Source: Eledone cirrhosa (taxonomy: Eukaryota). From it: 64,000 nucleotides of DNA. The notes under the pieces were generated by a model that was given only the letters and a program-made list of their open reading frames with translations, was not told the DNA's origin and ran no database searches. A program made the translations under genes and the position numbers. Of the stretch, positions 42,725 to 57,100 are shown piece by piece (positions within the stretch are counted from its first letter, which is position 1; every line of letters starts with the position of its first letter). Location of the stretch: the NCBI GenBank assembly GCA_964016885.1, contig OZ024742.1, forward strand, positions 364,560,001 to 364,624,000, given 5' to 3'.

Positions 42725-44308
42725 AAACACATACCACGTACATACAAACACATACATACACACACATACCACGTACATACAAACACATACATACATACAC
42801 ACACATACCACGTACATACAAACACATACATACATACAAACACATACCACGTACATACAAACACATACATACACACACATACCACGTACATACAAACACA
42901 TACATACATACACACACATACCACGTACATACAGACACATATATACATACACACACATACCACGTACATACAAACACATACATACATACACACACATACC
43001 ACGTACATACAAACACATACATACATACACACACATACCACGTACATACAAACACATATATACATACACACACATACCACGTACATACAAACACATACAT
43101 ACATACACACACATACCACGTACATACAAACACATATATACATACACACACATACCACGTACATACAAACACATACATACATACACACACATACCACGTA
43201 CATACAAACACATACATACATACACACACATACCACGTACATACAAACACATACATACATACACACATATACCACGTACATACAAACACATATATACATA
43301 CACACACATACCACGTACATACAAACACATACATACATACACACATATACCACGTACATACAAACACATACATACATACACACACATACCACGTACATAC
43401 AAACACATACATACATACACATACCACGTACATACAAACACATATATACATACACACACATACCACGTACATACAAACACATACATACATACACACACAT
43501 ACCACGTACATACAAACACATACATACATACACACACATACCACGTACATACAAACACATACATACATACACACATATACCACGTACATACAAACACATA
43601 TATACATACACACACATACCACGTACATACAAACACATACATACATACACACATATACCACGTACATACAAACACATATACATACACACACATACCACGT
43701 ACATACAAACACATACATACATACACACACATACCACGTACATACAAACACATACATACATACACACACATACCACGTACATACAAACACATACATACAT
43801 ACACACACATACCACGTACATACAAACACATATATACATACACACACATACCACGTACATACAAACACATATATACATACACACACATACCACGTACATA
43901 CAAACACATACATACATACACACACATACCACGTACATACAAACACATACATACATACACACACATACCACGTACATACAAACACATACATACATACACA
44001 CACATACCACGTACATACAAACACATACATACATACACACACATACCACGTACATACAAACACATATATACATACACACACATACCACGTACATACAAAC
44101 ACATATATACATACACACACATACCACGTACATACAAACACATATATACATACACACACATACCACGTACATACAAACACATACATACATACACACACAT
44201 ACCACGTACATACAAACACATACATACATACACACACATACCACGTACATACAAACACATACATACATACACACACATACCACGTACATACAAACACATA
44301 CATACATA
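42725..44308. repeat. 39-bp satellite, about 40 copies
   Basis: Unit ccacgtacatacaaacacatacatacatacacacacata. Confidence 0.95.
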
Positions 44309-44339
44309 GATATTTATCTAGACGTTGTCTAAATTCTAA

Positions 44340-44535
44340 AATAATTGTTTCTACTTTTGGCTCAAGGCCAGCTATTTATTCACAGTGTATTACTGGTACT
44401 TTATTTTATCGACCCCGTAAGGATGAAAGGCAAAGCTAACCTCGGCGGAATTTGAACTCAGAACGTAAAGGGACATAACTCTTTGCTGTAAAGCATGGTG
44501 TCTGACGCTCCATCGATGCTGCCAATTCACCACAC
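44340..44535 (-). mobile_element. tRNA-derived SINE copy (left member of an inverted pair)
   Basis: ataattgtttctacttttggctcaaggccag...cggcggaatttgaactcagaacgtaaagg. Confidence 0.9.
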
Positions 44536-44583
44536 AGCCAAATAAGGGCAATTTCACCACCGCCAATCCTAGCATAATAATTA

Positions 44584-44773
44584 TGTGGAGTGGCAGTATC
44601 GGTAGAGGGTCGGACGCCATGCTTTGATGCATAGAGTTACGGCCCTTGCAATTCTGAGTTCAAATCCCGCCGAGGTTAACTTTGCATTTCATCCTTACGG
44701 GGTCGATAAAATAAGTAACAGTAATACACTGGGTAATTGCTGTCCTTGTGCCTAAAGTAGAAACAATTATTAT
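44584..44773 (+). mobile_element. tRNA-derived SINE copy (right member of an inverted pair)
   Basis: gtggagtggcagtatcggtagagggtcggacgcc...gagttcaaatcccgccgagg...gtagaaacaattattatt. Confidence 0.9.
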
Positions 44774-45894
44774 TGTATCTCAAGTTTTCTCAAAATGTTT
44801 AGTTCCAATATTAAAGTAGCCAACATGTATATCAAGTAACAAATTACATGACTATCAAATATATCAAACACAATACATTGTAGTGGCTACACAATTTAGC
44901 CAGAGACAAACCAACACAGCAACAATGCCATCACTACAGTACCACTACCTCATCACCACCGCCACCACTCCATCATTGCTACCACCACTTTCCCCCCCAC
45001 TACCTTCTGTTAACTTTAGAAAAGTTGACATCAAATGTTCTGAGAAGGAGAGGGAAGGTAGCAGTAACACTTGACAAGACTAGAAAGGAAGAAGCTACCA
45101 AAAGATATAAATAGACCACTGACCCGGTCTAGAAACTCTCTCTTGGGCAAAATTCGTAAAATTCTAAAACCATAACATACATAAGGTGTGTGCTGAATAC
45201 AATTTTAACCATTTCAGTGTATATGACGCTCATTTCTGGAATGAGATTTTATGTGAATTTCGGACCAGACTTTAACAATACGTCCACATAGATTGCTCAT
45301 TAGGGTGGGTGCTGCCAGGACTGCTTTTGTGTCTTGATGAATCTTGAAATGTCTCTTTAAACCCCTTTTGGGCTTTGCAGATCTTGCTTTATATGTGGTA
45401 ATGATGAACTGAACTGTTTTGTACATACATTTATGATGGCTGCAGCTCGATTTCGAGTAATATCGCATGATACTTAACCATGAGCTGCGCGGACGTAGCT
45501 TTGTAGTCATGTTAGGGACTTGCCTATGGCCAGCAATACTAGGCATCGCTAAAAGTGTCACATATGAAGCAATGCCTTTGCTTGAAGATTTTTAAATGAG
45601 GAAACGCTTTGCGCGGGACAACTCCTATTCTCTATCGAATGCATTTACCCAAAAGGAGAACTGGTCTACATTATTGGTTGTAACCGAAGTCACAGGTTTT
45701 ATATCAGAGTAACATTCTCCTAGACTCTAGGTCTTAGAGAGATGTCCTAAATGAAGGGATCTCTCACTCCACTGCTACCGTCCCGAATCCTCAAAAAAAT
45801 TTGGAAATAGTTAAAAAGGTTAAACATGTTAAAAATATTTAAGTTAAAAATAGGAAAAAAATATGAAATTGGTTGCATTATATATAAGCTTGCA

Positions 45895-46105
45895 GGGCGG
45901 TGGAGTGGCAGTATTGGTAGGTCGGACGCCATGCATTGCAGCATAGAGTTACGGCCTTTTATGATCTGAGTTCAAATCCCACCCAGGTTAAATTTGCCTT
46001 TCATCCTTACGGGGTCGATAAAGTAAAGTACCAGTCCCTCACTGGGGTCGATTTAATCGACTTTCTCCTCACTCAAATTGCTGGCCTTGTGCCTATATAA
46101 GAAAC
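45895..46105 (+). mobile_element. tRNA-derived SINE copy
   Basis: gggcggtggagtggcagtattggtag...gagttcaaatcccaccc...ggggtcgat. Confidence 0.85.
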
Positions 46106-46124
46106 ATATAAGCATATATACACA

Positions 46125-46290
46125 TGTACATCCTTTATTGGATGGCCGTTGACTCTCTTGAGTTCCTCAGCACTTTGACGGTTTTGTTTTTCATCCCGCA
46201 GTGTGTCCAAAATCACTCTCCTCACCAAGAAATCTTGGTGGCGTTGCCGGTTGAGTCGCCGACGACCCAATCATGCACAGGTTGTACTGG
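46125..46290 (-). mobile_element. Possible RTE-LINE 3' remnant
   Basis: HQDFLVRRVILDTLRDEKQNRQ..ELKRVNG weakly resembles the RTE C-terminal 'HDSL.K.ILQG.V.GGR.RGRQ...IKEWTG'. Confidence 0.3.
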
Positions 46291-46671
46291 GTTACATGCT
46301 ACCAGTAGCACTAAAGAGCGACCTGACATAATACATACATAATGTACGTACAAATATATATATAAATATACATACAGAATTCTCAACAGTTCTGCTGGTT
46401 CAGGTGATAAGATGACTAACAACATAGATAAACAGAGTTGTGAATTATTTTACAGGGAAAGGTGTTTATATTGGGCGCTTCTTTTACTGGTTTCATTTAT
46501 TGGGCTGCGGCCATTATCAAATGTGTTCCTTTTATCAATCTTGTTTCTGTCGAACCACTAAGTTACTGGATATGAACACACACCCAACCACATGTACACG
46601 AAACACACACGCACACGCACACATACATATATAATTATAAAATTCTAATTCTATATATATATATATATATA

Positions 46672-46858
46672 TAATTAGAAAGTGAACAACACAAAATATA
46701 AGTACTCCATTATCAAAGATCCCAGACGATAATAATATATACGTCAGACAGAGAAGTCTGTCTGACGAACGATCCAGACGTATATATTATTATCGTCTGT
46801 GATCCATAAACCTTTGTTAATGGACTAGGTATATTTTGTGTTGTTCAATTTCTAATTA
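46672..46858. repeat. Fold-back inverted repeat of about 185 bp containing a degenerate hammerhead motif
   Basis: aattagaaagtgaacaacacaaaatata...cagacgataataatatatacgtc pairs with gacgtatatattattatcgtctg...tatattttgtgttgttcaatttctaatt. Confidence 0.8.
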
Positions 46859-46934
46859 AATAGCTCTGTTCCATACATAGAGAACTCTTTTTTCATTTGA
46901 TTTTCCTTTCGAATTACGTAACACACACACACAC

Positions 46935-47020
<86 letters not shown>

Positions 47021-47309
47021 TGCAAGAACATAACGGAATCAACAAAGCAAAAACACAGTGTAATGAAGACATATATTCATTTAACGGTTGATATTGTAGG
47101 AAGAGTCATATATATAACTGTAGAATCTCACCAGACACACACCTACCATATTTCACTATGTATTAGTCATGTTGAGGCTATAATAGAAGACTGTTGGCCA
47201 AGATGCTGGCCATCAGGACTAGACACTCACTCTGGTGAAATAAACGTCTTAAACACACAACTAAGCCCGCTTATATATTTATATATAATGAATGTTTCAT
47301 ATAACTTAC

Positions 47310-47476
47310 TATATCCATTATTTGTGTCAGCGTGATACCAAGATGGACAACCACTGGTGATGACGCTTTCATTACTGGTCTAACTGAATTATCGTAGTTA
47401 TCCATCAATTTATATAGTAACCTCTGTTCATCAGTCATAATGATATCTTTCTCAATTGGTAACCGAGATGTTATTT
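47310..47476 (-). CDS. nAChR alpha subunit (alpha9/10-like), N-terminal extracellular exon (167 nt)
   Basis: Encodes (E)ITSRLPIEKDIIMTDEQRLLYKLMDNYDNSVRPVMKASSPVVVHLGITLTQIMDI, with the typical nAChR 'EQRLL..L...Y...VRPV' helix. Acceptor tttcag at 47477 and donor gtaagt at 47309. An in-frame ATG at 47519 (MLYYVIYYCFILIS) is an alternative 5' boundary. Confidence 0.9.
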
Positions 47477-47752
47477 CTGAAATGAGAATAAAGCAATAGT
47501 ATATAACATAATATAACATAAATGTGAGATAAAATGAAACTAAATTTACTGTTCACACCTATGTAGGTGAGGCAGACTTCTTACGATAGATATTTGTTGG
47601 GTGTTTTCTGTTCATGAGAGTGGTCCCAGTCCTATTGCTCTTGTTTCAGCTTACACCCATATAGGTTTAGGTGGCATACAAGTTTACACTTCATAGGAAG
47701 TTTATTGCCTGTTTTCTTCATAAGTGTCCCTGTGTTCTCATTTCATTATATA

Positions 47753-47945
47753 CGGCGGTGGAATGGCAGTATCAGTAGAGGGTGGGACACCATGCTTTGA
47801 CGCATAGAGTTACGGCCCTTGCCATTCTGAGTTAAAATCCCGCCGAGGTTAACTTTGCCTTTCATCCTTATGGGGTCGATAAAATAAAGTACCAGTAATG
47901 CACTGGGATAATTGCTGGCCTTGTGCCATATGTAGAAATAATTAT
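47753..47945 (+). mobile_element. tRNA-derived SINE copy
   Basis: ggcggtggaatggcagtatcagtagaggg...cccgccgaggttaactttgcctttcatcc...gtagaaataattat. Confidence 0.9.
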
Positions 47946-48154
47946 ATCTCACGTCTTTGTACACATTGAACAGCTGAAATCTGATGAGTCATTATCTCAT
48001 TTGAAGTGGTAACCTGGGATTCCGTTAGAAATATAACTGCCCAGTCCTCTCAATATATCCTAACATCAACCCTGCCACTTTGTTACATATTTAGGGGCGT
48101 TATCGTCTTTGTTATTTCAGTTTAATGCCGTTCATTTCAAATATCTTTAAATGA

Positions 48155-51100
48155 TTTGATAATAGAGAATACCGGTGTTTGTTGTTGTAGACTGTATATG
48201 GTTTGATAATAGAGAATACCGGTGTTTGTTGTTGTAGACTGTATATGGTTTGATAATAGAGAATACCGGTGTTTGTTGTTGTAGACTGTATATGGTTTGA
48301 TAATAGAGAATACCGGTGTTTGTTGTTGTAGACTGTATATGGTTTGGTAATAGAAAATACCGGTGTTTGTTGTTGTAGACTGTATATGGTTTGATAATAG
48401 AGAACACCGGTGTTTGTTGTTGTAGACTGTATATGGTTTGGTAATAGAGAATACCGGTGTTTGTTGTTGTAGACTGTATATGGTTTGATAATAGAGAATA
48501 CCGGTGTTTGTTGTTGTAGACTGTATATGGTTTGATAATAGAGAATACCGGTGTTTGTTGTTGTAGAGTGTATATGGTTTGATAATAGAGAATACAGGTG
48601 TTTGTTGTTGTAGACTGTATATGGTTTGATAATAGAGAATACCGGTGTTTGTTGTTGTAGAATGTATATGGTTTGGTAATAGAGAATACCGGTGTTTGTT
48701 GTTGTAGACTTGATATGGTTTGGTAATAGAGAATACCGGTGTTTGTTGTTGTAGACTTTATATGGTTTGGTAATAGAGAATACCGGTGTTAGTTGTTGTA
48801 GACTGTATATGGTTTGATAATAGAGAATACCGGTGTTTGTTGTTGTAGACTGTATATGGTTTGATAATAGAGAATACCGGTGTTTGTTGTTGTAGACTGT
48901 ATATGGTTTGGTAATAGAGAATACCGGTGTTTGTTGTTGTAGACTTTATATGGTTTGGTAATAGAGAATACCGGTGTTTGTTATTGTAGACTGTATATGG
49001 TTTGATAATAGAGAATACCGGTGTTTGTTGATGTAGACTGTATATGGTTTGATAATAGAGAATACCGGTGTTTGTTGTTGTAGACTGTATATGGTTTGGT
49101 AATAGAGAATACCGGTGTTTGTTGTTGTAGACTGTATATGGTTTGGTAATAGAGAATACCGGTGTTTGTTGTTGTAGAGTGTATATGGTTTGGTAATAGA
49201 GAATACCGGTGTTTGTTGTTGTAGACTGTATATGGTTTGATAATAGAGAACACCGGTGTTTGTTGTTGTAGACTGTATATGGTTTGGTAAAAGAGAATAC
49301 CGGTGTTTGTTGTTGTAGACTGTATATGGTTTGATAATAGAGAATACCGGTGTTTGTTTTGTAGAGTGTATATGGTTTGGTAACAGAGAATACCGGTGTT
49401 TGTTGTTGTAGAGTGTATATGGTTTGATAATAGAGAATACTGGTGTTTGTTGTTGTAGACTGTATATGGTTTGATAATAGAGAATACCGGTGTTTGTTGT
49501 TGTAGACTGTATATGGTTTGATAATAGAGAATACCGGTGTTTGTTGTTGTAGACTGTATATGGTTTGATAATAGAGAATACCGGTGTTTGTTGTTGTAGA
49601 CAGTATATGGTTTGAGAATAGAGAATACCGGTGTTTGTTGTAGTAGACTGTATATGGTTTGGTAATAGAGAATACCGGTGTTTGTTGTTGTAGAGTGTAT
49701 ATGGTTTGGTAATAGAGAATACCGGTGTTTGTTGTTGTAGACTGTATATGGTTTGATAATAGAGAATACCGGTGTTTGTTGTTGTAGAGTGTATATGGTT
49801 TGATAATAGAGAATACCAGGTGTTTGTTGTTGTAGAGTGTATATGGTTTAATAATAGAGAATACCGGTGTTTGTTGTTGTAGACTGTATATGGTTTGTTA
49901 ATAGAGAATACAGGTGTTTGTTGTTGTAGACTGTATATGTTTTGATAATAGAGAATACCGGTGTTTGTTGTTGTAGACTGTATATGTTTTGTTAATAGAG
50001 AATACCGGTGTTTGTTGTTGTAGACTGTATATGGTTTGATAATAGAGAATACCGGTGTTTGTTGTTGTAGACTGTATGTGGTTGGGTAATAGAGAATACC
50101 GGTGTTTGTTGTTGTAGAGTGTATATGGTTGGGTAATAGAGAATACCGGTGTTTGTTGTAGTAGAGTGTATATGGTTGGGTAATAGAGAATACCGGTGTT
50201 TGTTGTAGTAGAGTGTATATGGTTGGGTAATAGAGAATACCGGTGTTTGTTGTTGTAGAGTGTATATGGTTGGGTAATAGAGAATACCGGTGTTTGTTGT
50301 TGTAGACTGTATATGGTTGGGTAATAGAGAATACCGGTGTTTGTTGTTGTAGACTGGATATGGTTGGGTAATAGAGAATACCGGTGTTTGTTGTAGTAGA
50401 GTGTATATGGTTGGGTAATAGAGAATACCGGTGTTTGTTGTTGTAGAGTGTATATGGTTGGGTAATAGAGAATACCGGTGTTTGTTGTTGTAGAGTGTAT
50501 ATGGTTGGGTAATAGAGAATACCGGTGTTTGTTGTTGTAGACTGTATATGGTTGGGTAATAGAGAATACCGGTGTTTGTTGTAGTAGAGTGTATATGGTT
50601 GGGTAATAGAGAATACCGGTGTTTGTTGTTGTAGAGTGTATATGGTTGGGTAATAGAGAATACGGGTGTTTGTTGTTGTAGACTGTATATGGTTTGATAA
50701 TAGAGAACACCGGTGTTTGTTGTTGTAGAGTGTATATGGTTGGGTAATAGAGAATACCGGTGTTTGTTGTTGTAGAGTGTATATGGTTTGATAATAGAGA
50801 ATACCGGTGTTTGTTGTTGTAGACTATATGGTTTGATAATAGAGAATACCGGTGTTTGTTGTTGTAGACTATATATGGTTTGATAATAGAGAATACCGGT
50901 GTTTGTTGTTGTAGACTGTATATGGTTTGATAATAGAGAATACCGGTGTTTGTTGTTGTAGAGTGTATATGGTTTGATAATAGAGAATACCGGTGTTTGT
51001 TGTTGTAGACTGTATATGGTTTGGTAATAGAGAATACCGGTGTTTGTTGTTGTAGAGTGTATATGGTTTGGTAATAGAGAATACCGGTGTTTGTTGTTGT

Positions 51101-54100
51101 AGACTGTATATGGTTTGATAATAGGGAATACCGGTGCTTGTTGTTGTAGAGTGTATATGGTTTGGTAATAGAGAATACCGGTGTTTGTTGTTGTAGACTG
51201 TATATGGTTTGGTAATAGAGAATACCGGTGTTTGTTGTTGTAGACTGTATATGGTTTGGTAATAGAGAATACCGGTGTTTGTTGTTGTAGACTGTATATG
51301 GTTTGGTAATAGAGAATACCGGTGTTTGTTGTTGTAGACTGTATATGGTTTGGTAATAGAGAATACCGGTGTTTGTTGTTGTAGACAGTATATGGTTTGA
51401 TAATAGAGAATACCGGTGTTTGTTGTTGTAGCGTGTATATGGTTTGGTAATAGAGAATACCGGTGTTTGTTGTTGTAGAGTGTATATGGTTTGGTAATAG
51501 AGAATACCGGTGTTTGTTGTTGTAGAGTGTATATTGTTTGATAATAGAGAATACCGGTGTTTGTTGTTGTAGAGTGTATATGGTTTGGTAATAGAGAATA
51601 CCGGTGTTTGTTGTTGTAGACTGTATATGGTTTGATAATAGAGAATACCGGTGCTTCTTGTTGTAGAGTGTATATGGTTTGATAATAGAGAATACCGGTG
51701 TTTGTTGTTGTAGAGTGTATATGGTTTGGTAATAGAGAATACCGGTGTTTGTTGTTGTAGAGTGTATATGGTTTGGTAATAGAGAATACCGGTGTTTGTT
51801 GTTGTAGAGTGTATATTGTTTGATAATAGAGAATACCGGTGTTTGTTGTTGTAGAGTGTATATGGTTTGGTAATAGAGAATACCGGTGTTTGTTGTTGTA
51901 GACTGTATATGGTTTGATACTAGAGAATACCGGTGCTTGTTGTTGTAGAGTGTATATGGTTTGATAATAGAGAATACCGGTGCTTGTTGTTGTAGAGTGT
52001 ATATGGTTTGATAATAGAGAATACCGGTGTTTGTTGTTGTAGAGTGTATATGGTTTGGTAATAGAGAATACAGGTGTTTGTTGTTGTAGACTGTATATGG
52101 TTTGATAATAGAGACTACCGGTGCTTGTTGTTGTAGAGTGTATATGGTTTGATAATAGAGAATACCGGTGTTTGTTGTTGTAGACTGTATATGGTTTGAT
52201 AATAGAGAATACCGGTGCTTGTTGTTGTAGAGTGTATATGGTTTGATAATAGAGAATACCGGTGTTTGTTGTTGTAGACTATATGGTTTGATAATAGAGA
52301 ATACCGGTGTTTGTTGTTGTAGACTATATGGTTTGATAATAGAGAATACCGGTGTTTGTTGCTGTAGACTGTATATGGTTTGATAATAGAGAATACCGGT
52401 GTTTGTTGTTGTAGACAGTATATGGTTTGATAATAGAGAACACCGGTGTTTGTTGTTGTAGACAGTATATGGTTTGATAATAGAGAATACCGGTGTTTGT
52501 TGTTGTAGACAGTATATGGTTTGATAATAGAAAATACCGGTGTTTGTTGTTGTAGACAGTATATGGTTTGATAATAGAGAATACCGGTGTTTGTTGTTGT
52601 AGACAGTATATGGTTTGATAATAGAGAATACCGGTGTTTGTTGTTGTAGAGTGTATATGGTTTGATAATAGAGAATACCGGTGTTTGTTGTTGTAGACTG
52701 TATATGGTTTGATAATAGAGAATACCGGTGTTTGTTGTTGTAGACTGTATATGGTTTGATAATAGAGAATACTGGTGTTTGTTGTTGTAGACTGTATATG
52801 GTTTGATAATAGAGAATACCGGTGTTTGTTGTTGTATAGTGTATATGGTTTGGTATTAGAGAATACCGGTGTTTGTTGTTGTAGACTGTATATGGTTTGA
52901 TAATAGAAAATACCGGTGTTTGTTGTTGTAGAGTGTATATCGTTTGATAATAGAGAATACCGGTGTTTGTTGTTGTAGAGTGTATATGGTTTGATAATAG
53001 AGAATACCGGTGTTTGTTGTTGTAGAGTGTATATGGTTTGATAATAGAAAATACCGGTGTTTGTTGTTGTAGAGTGTATATGGTTTGATAATAGAGAATA
53101 CCGGTGTTTGTTGTTGTAGACTGTATATGGTTTGATAATAGAGAATACCGGTGTTTGTTGTTGTAGAGTGTATATGGTTTGATAATAGAGAATACCGGTG
53201 TTTGTTGTTGTAGACTGTATATGGTTTGATAATAGAGAATACCGGTGTTTGTTGTTGTAGAGTGTATATGGTTTGATAATAGAAAATACCGGTGTTTGTT
53301 GTTGTAGACAGTATATGGTTTGATAATAGAGAATACCGGTGTTTGTTGTTGTAGAGTGTATATGGTTTGATAATAGAAAATACCGGTGTTTGTTGTTGTA
53401 GACAGTATATGGTTTGATAATAGAGAATACCGGTGTTTGTTCTTGTAGAGTGTATATGGTTTGATAATAGAGAATACCGGTGATTGTTGTTGTAGACTGT
53501 ATATGGTTTGATAATAGAGAATACCGGTGATTGTTGTTGTAGACTCTATATGGTTTGATAATAGAGAATACCGGTGTTTGTTGTTGTAGACTGTATATGG
53601 TTTGATAATAGAGAATACCGGTGTTTGTTGTTGTAGACTGTATATGGTTTGATAATAGAGAATACCGGTGTTTGTTGTTGTAGACTGTATATGGTTTGGT
53701 AATAGAGAATACCGGTGTTTGTTGTTGTAGACTGTATATGGTTTGATAATAGAGAATACCGGTGTTTGTTGTTGTAGACTGTATATGGTTTGATAATAGA
53801 GAATACCGGTGTTTGTTGTTGTAGACTGTATATGGTTTGGTAATAAAGAATACAGTTGTTTGTTGTTGTAGACTGTATATGGTTTGGTAATAGAGAATAC
53901 CGGTGTTTGTTGTTGTAGACTGTATATGGTTTAATAATAGAGAATACGGGTGTTTGTTGTTGTAGACTGTATATGGTTTGATAATAGAGAATACCGGTGT
54001 TTGTTGTTGTAGACTGTATATGGTTTGATGATAGAGAATACCGGTGTTTGTTGTTGTAGACTGTATATGGTTTGGTAATAGAGAATACCGGTGTTTGTTG

Positions 54101-57100
54101 TTGTAGACTGTATATGGTTTGATAATAGAGAATACCGGTGTTTGTTGTTGTAGACTGTATATGGTTTGATAATAGAGAATACCGGTGTTTGTTGTTGTAG
54201 ACTGTATATGGTTTGATAATAGAGAATACCGGTGTTTGTTGTTGTAGAGTGTATGTGGTTTGGTAATAGAGAATACCGGTGTTTGTTGTTGTAGAGTGTA
54301 TATGGTTTGATAATAGAGAATACCGGTGTTTGTTGTTGTAGAGTGTATATGGTTTGGTAATAAAGAATACAGTTGTTTGTTGTTGTAGATTGTATATGGT
54401 TTGGTAATAGAGAATACCGGTGTTTGTTGTTGTAGACTGAATATGGTTTGATAATAGAGAATACCGGTGTTTGTTGTAGTAGACTGTATGTGGTTTGGTA
54501 ATAGAGAATACCCGTGTTTGTTGTTGTAGACTGTATATGGTTTGATAATAGAGAATCCCGGTGTTTGTTGTTGTAGACTGTATATGGTTTGGTAATAAAG
54601 AATACAGTTGTTTGTTGTTGTAGACTGTATATGGTTTGGTAATAGAGAATACCGGTGTTTGTTGTTGTAGACTGTATATGGTTTGATAATAGAGAATACC
54701 GGTGTGTGTTGTTGTAGACTGTATATGGTTTGGTAATAAAGAATACAGTTGTTTGTTGTTGTAGACTGTATATGGTTTGGTAATAGAGAATACCGGTGTT
54801 TGTGTTTGTAGACTGTATATGGTTTGATAATAGAGAATACCGGTGTTTGTTGTTGTAGACTGTATATGGTTTGGTAATAGAGAGTACCGGTGTTTGTTGT
54901 TGTAGACTGTATATGGTTTGATAATAGAGAATACCGGTGTTTGTTGTAGTAGACTGTATATGGTTTGGTAATAGAGAATACCGGTGTTTGTTGTTGTAGA
55001 CTGTATATGGTTTGATAATAGAGAATACCGGTGTTTGTTGTTGTAGACTGTATATGGTTTGGTAATAGAGAATACCGGTGTTTGTTGTTGTAGACTGTAT
55101 ATGGTTTGGTAATAGAGAATACCGGTGTTTGTTGTTGTAGACTGTATATGGTTTGGTAATAGAGAATACCGGTGTTTGTTGTTGTAGACTGTATATGGTT
55201 TGATAATAGAGAATACCGGTGTTTGTTGTTGTAGACTGTATATGGTTTGATAATAGAGAATACCGGTGTTTGTTATTGTAGAGTGTATATGGTTTGGTAA
55301 TAGAGAATACCGGTGTTTGTTGTTCTAGACTGTATATGGTTTGGTAATAGAGAATACCGGTGTTTGTTGTTGTAGACTGTATATGGTTCGGTAATAGAGA
55401 ATACCGGTGTTTGTTGTTGTAGACTGTATATGGTTTGGTAATAGAGAAAACCAGTGTTTGTTGTTGTAGACTGTATATGGTTTGGTAATAGAGAATACCG
55501 GTGTTTGTTGTTGTAGACTGTATATGGTTTGATAATAGAGAATACCGGTGTTTGTTGTTGTAGACTGTATATGGTTTGGTAATAGAGAATACCGGTGTTT
55601 GTTATTGTAGACTGTATATGGTTTGATAATAGAGAATACCGGTGTTTGTTGTAGTAGACTGTATATGGTTTGGTAATAGAGAATACCGGTGTTTGTTGTT
55701 GTAGACTGTATATGGTTTGATAATAGAGAATACCGGTGTTTGTTGTTGTAGACTGTATATGGTTTGGTAATAGAGAATACCGGTGTTTGTTGTTGTAGAC
55801 TGTATATGGTTTGGTAATAGAGAATACCGGTGTTTGTTGTTGTAGACTGTATATGGTTTGGTAATAGAGAATACCGGTGTTTGTTGTTGTAGACTGTATA
55901 TGGTTTGATAATAGAGAATACCGGTGTTTGTTGTTGTAGACTGTATATGGTTTGATAATAGAGAATACCGGTGTTTGTTATTGTAGAGTGTATATGGTTT
56001 GGTAATAGAGAATACCGGTGTTTGTTGTTCTAGACTGTATATGGTTTGGTAATAGAGAATACCGGTGTTTGTTGTTGTAGAGTGTATATGGTTCGGTAAT
56101 AGAGAATACCGGTGTTTGTTGTTGTAGACTGTATATGGTTTGGTAATAGAGAAAACCAGTGTTTGTTGTTGTAGACTGTATATGTTTTAATAATAGAGAA
56201 TACCGGTGTTTGTTGTTGTAGACTGTACATGGTTTGGTAATAGAGAATACTGGTGTTTGTTGTTGTAGAGTGTATATGGTTTGATAATAGAGAATACCGG
56301 TGTTTGTTGTTGTAGAGTGTATATAGTTTGGTAATAGAGAATACCGGTGTTTGTTGTTCTAGACTGTATATGTTTTGGTAATAGAGAATACCGGTGTTTG
56401 TTGTTGTAGAGTGTATATGGTTCGGTAATAGAGAATACCGGTGTTTGTTGTTGTAGACTGTATATGGTTTGGTAATAGAGAAAACCAGTGTTTGTTGTTG
56501 TAGACTGTATATGTTTTGATAATAGAGAATACCGGTGTTTGTTGTTGTAGAGTGTATATGGGTTGATAATAGAGAATACCGGTGTTTGTTGTTGTAGAGT
56601 GTATATGGTTTGATAATAGAGAATACCGGTGTTTGTTGTTGTAGAGTGTATATAGTTTGGTAATAGAGAATACCGGTGTTTGTTGTTGTAGACTGTATAT
56701 AGTTTGATAATAGAGAATACCGGTGTTTGTTGTAGTAGACTGTATATGGTTTGATAATAGAGAATACCGGTGTTTGTTGTTGTAGAGTGTATATGGTTTG
56801 GTAATAGAGAATACCGGTGTTTGTTGTTGTAGACTGTATATGGTTTGATAATAGAGAATACCGGTGTTTGTTGTAGTAGACTGTATATGGTTTGATAATA
56901 GAGAATACCGGTGTTTGTTGTTGTAGAGTGTATATGGTTTGGTAATAGAGAATACCGGTGTTTGTTGTTGTAGACTGTATATGGTTTGGTAATAGAGAAC
57001 ACCGGTGTTTGTTGTTGTAGACTGTATATGGTTTGGTAATAGAGAATACCGGTGTTTGTTGTTGTAGACTGTATATGGTTTGGTAATAGAGAATACCGGT

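Noticed and set aside
30640-44439. Poly-NNT, poly-V and YVCVY/HTHT ORFs
   Set aside because: Translations of simple repeats and satellites.
44584-44680. tRNA gene suggested by A/B-box-like motifs
   Set aside because: No complete cloverleaf; it is the head of a multi-copy SINE.
45214-45561. 115-aa ORF in non-repetitive sequence
   Set aside because: No recognisable motif or splice context; probably an old transposon fragment or a chance ORF.
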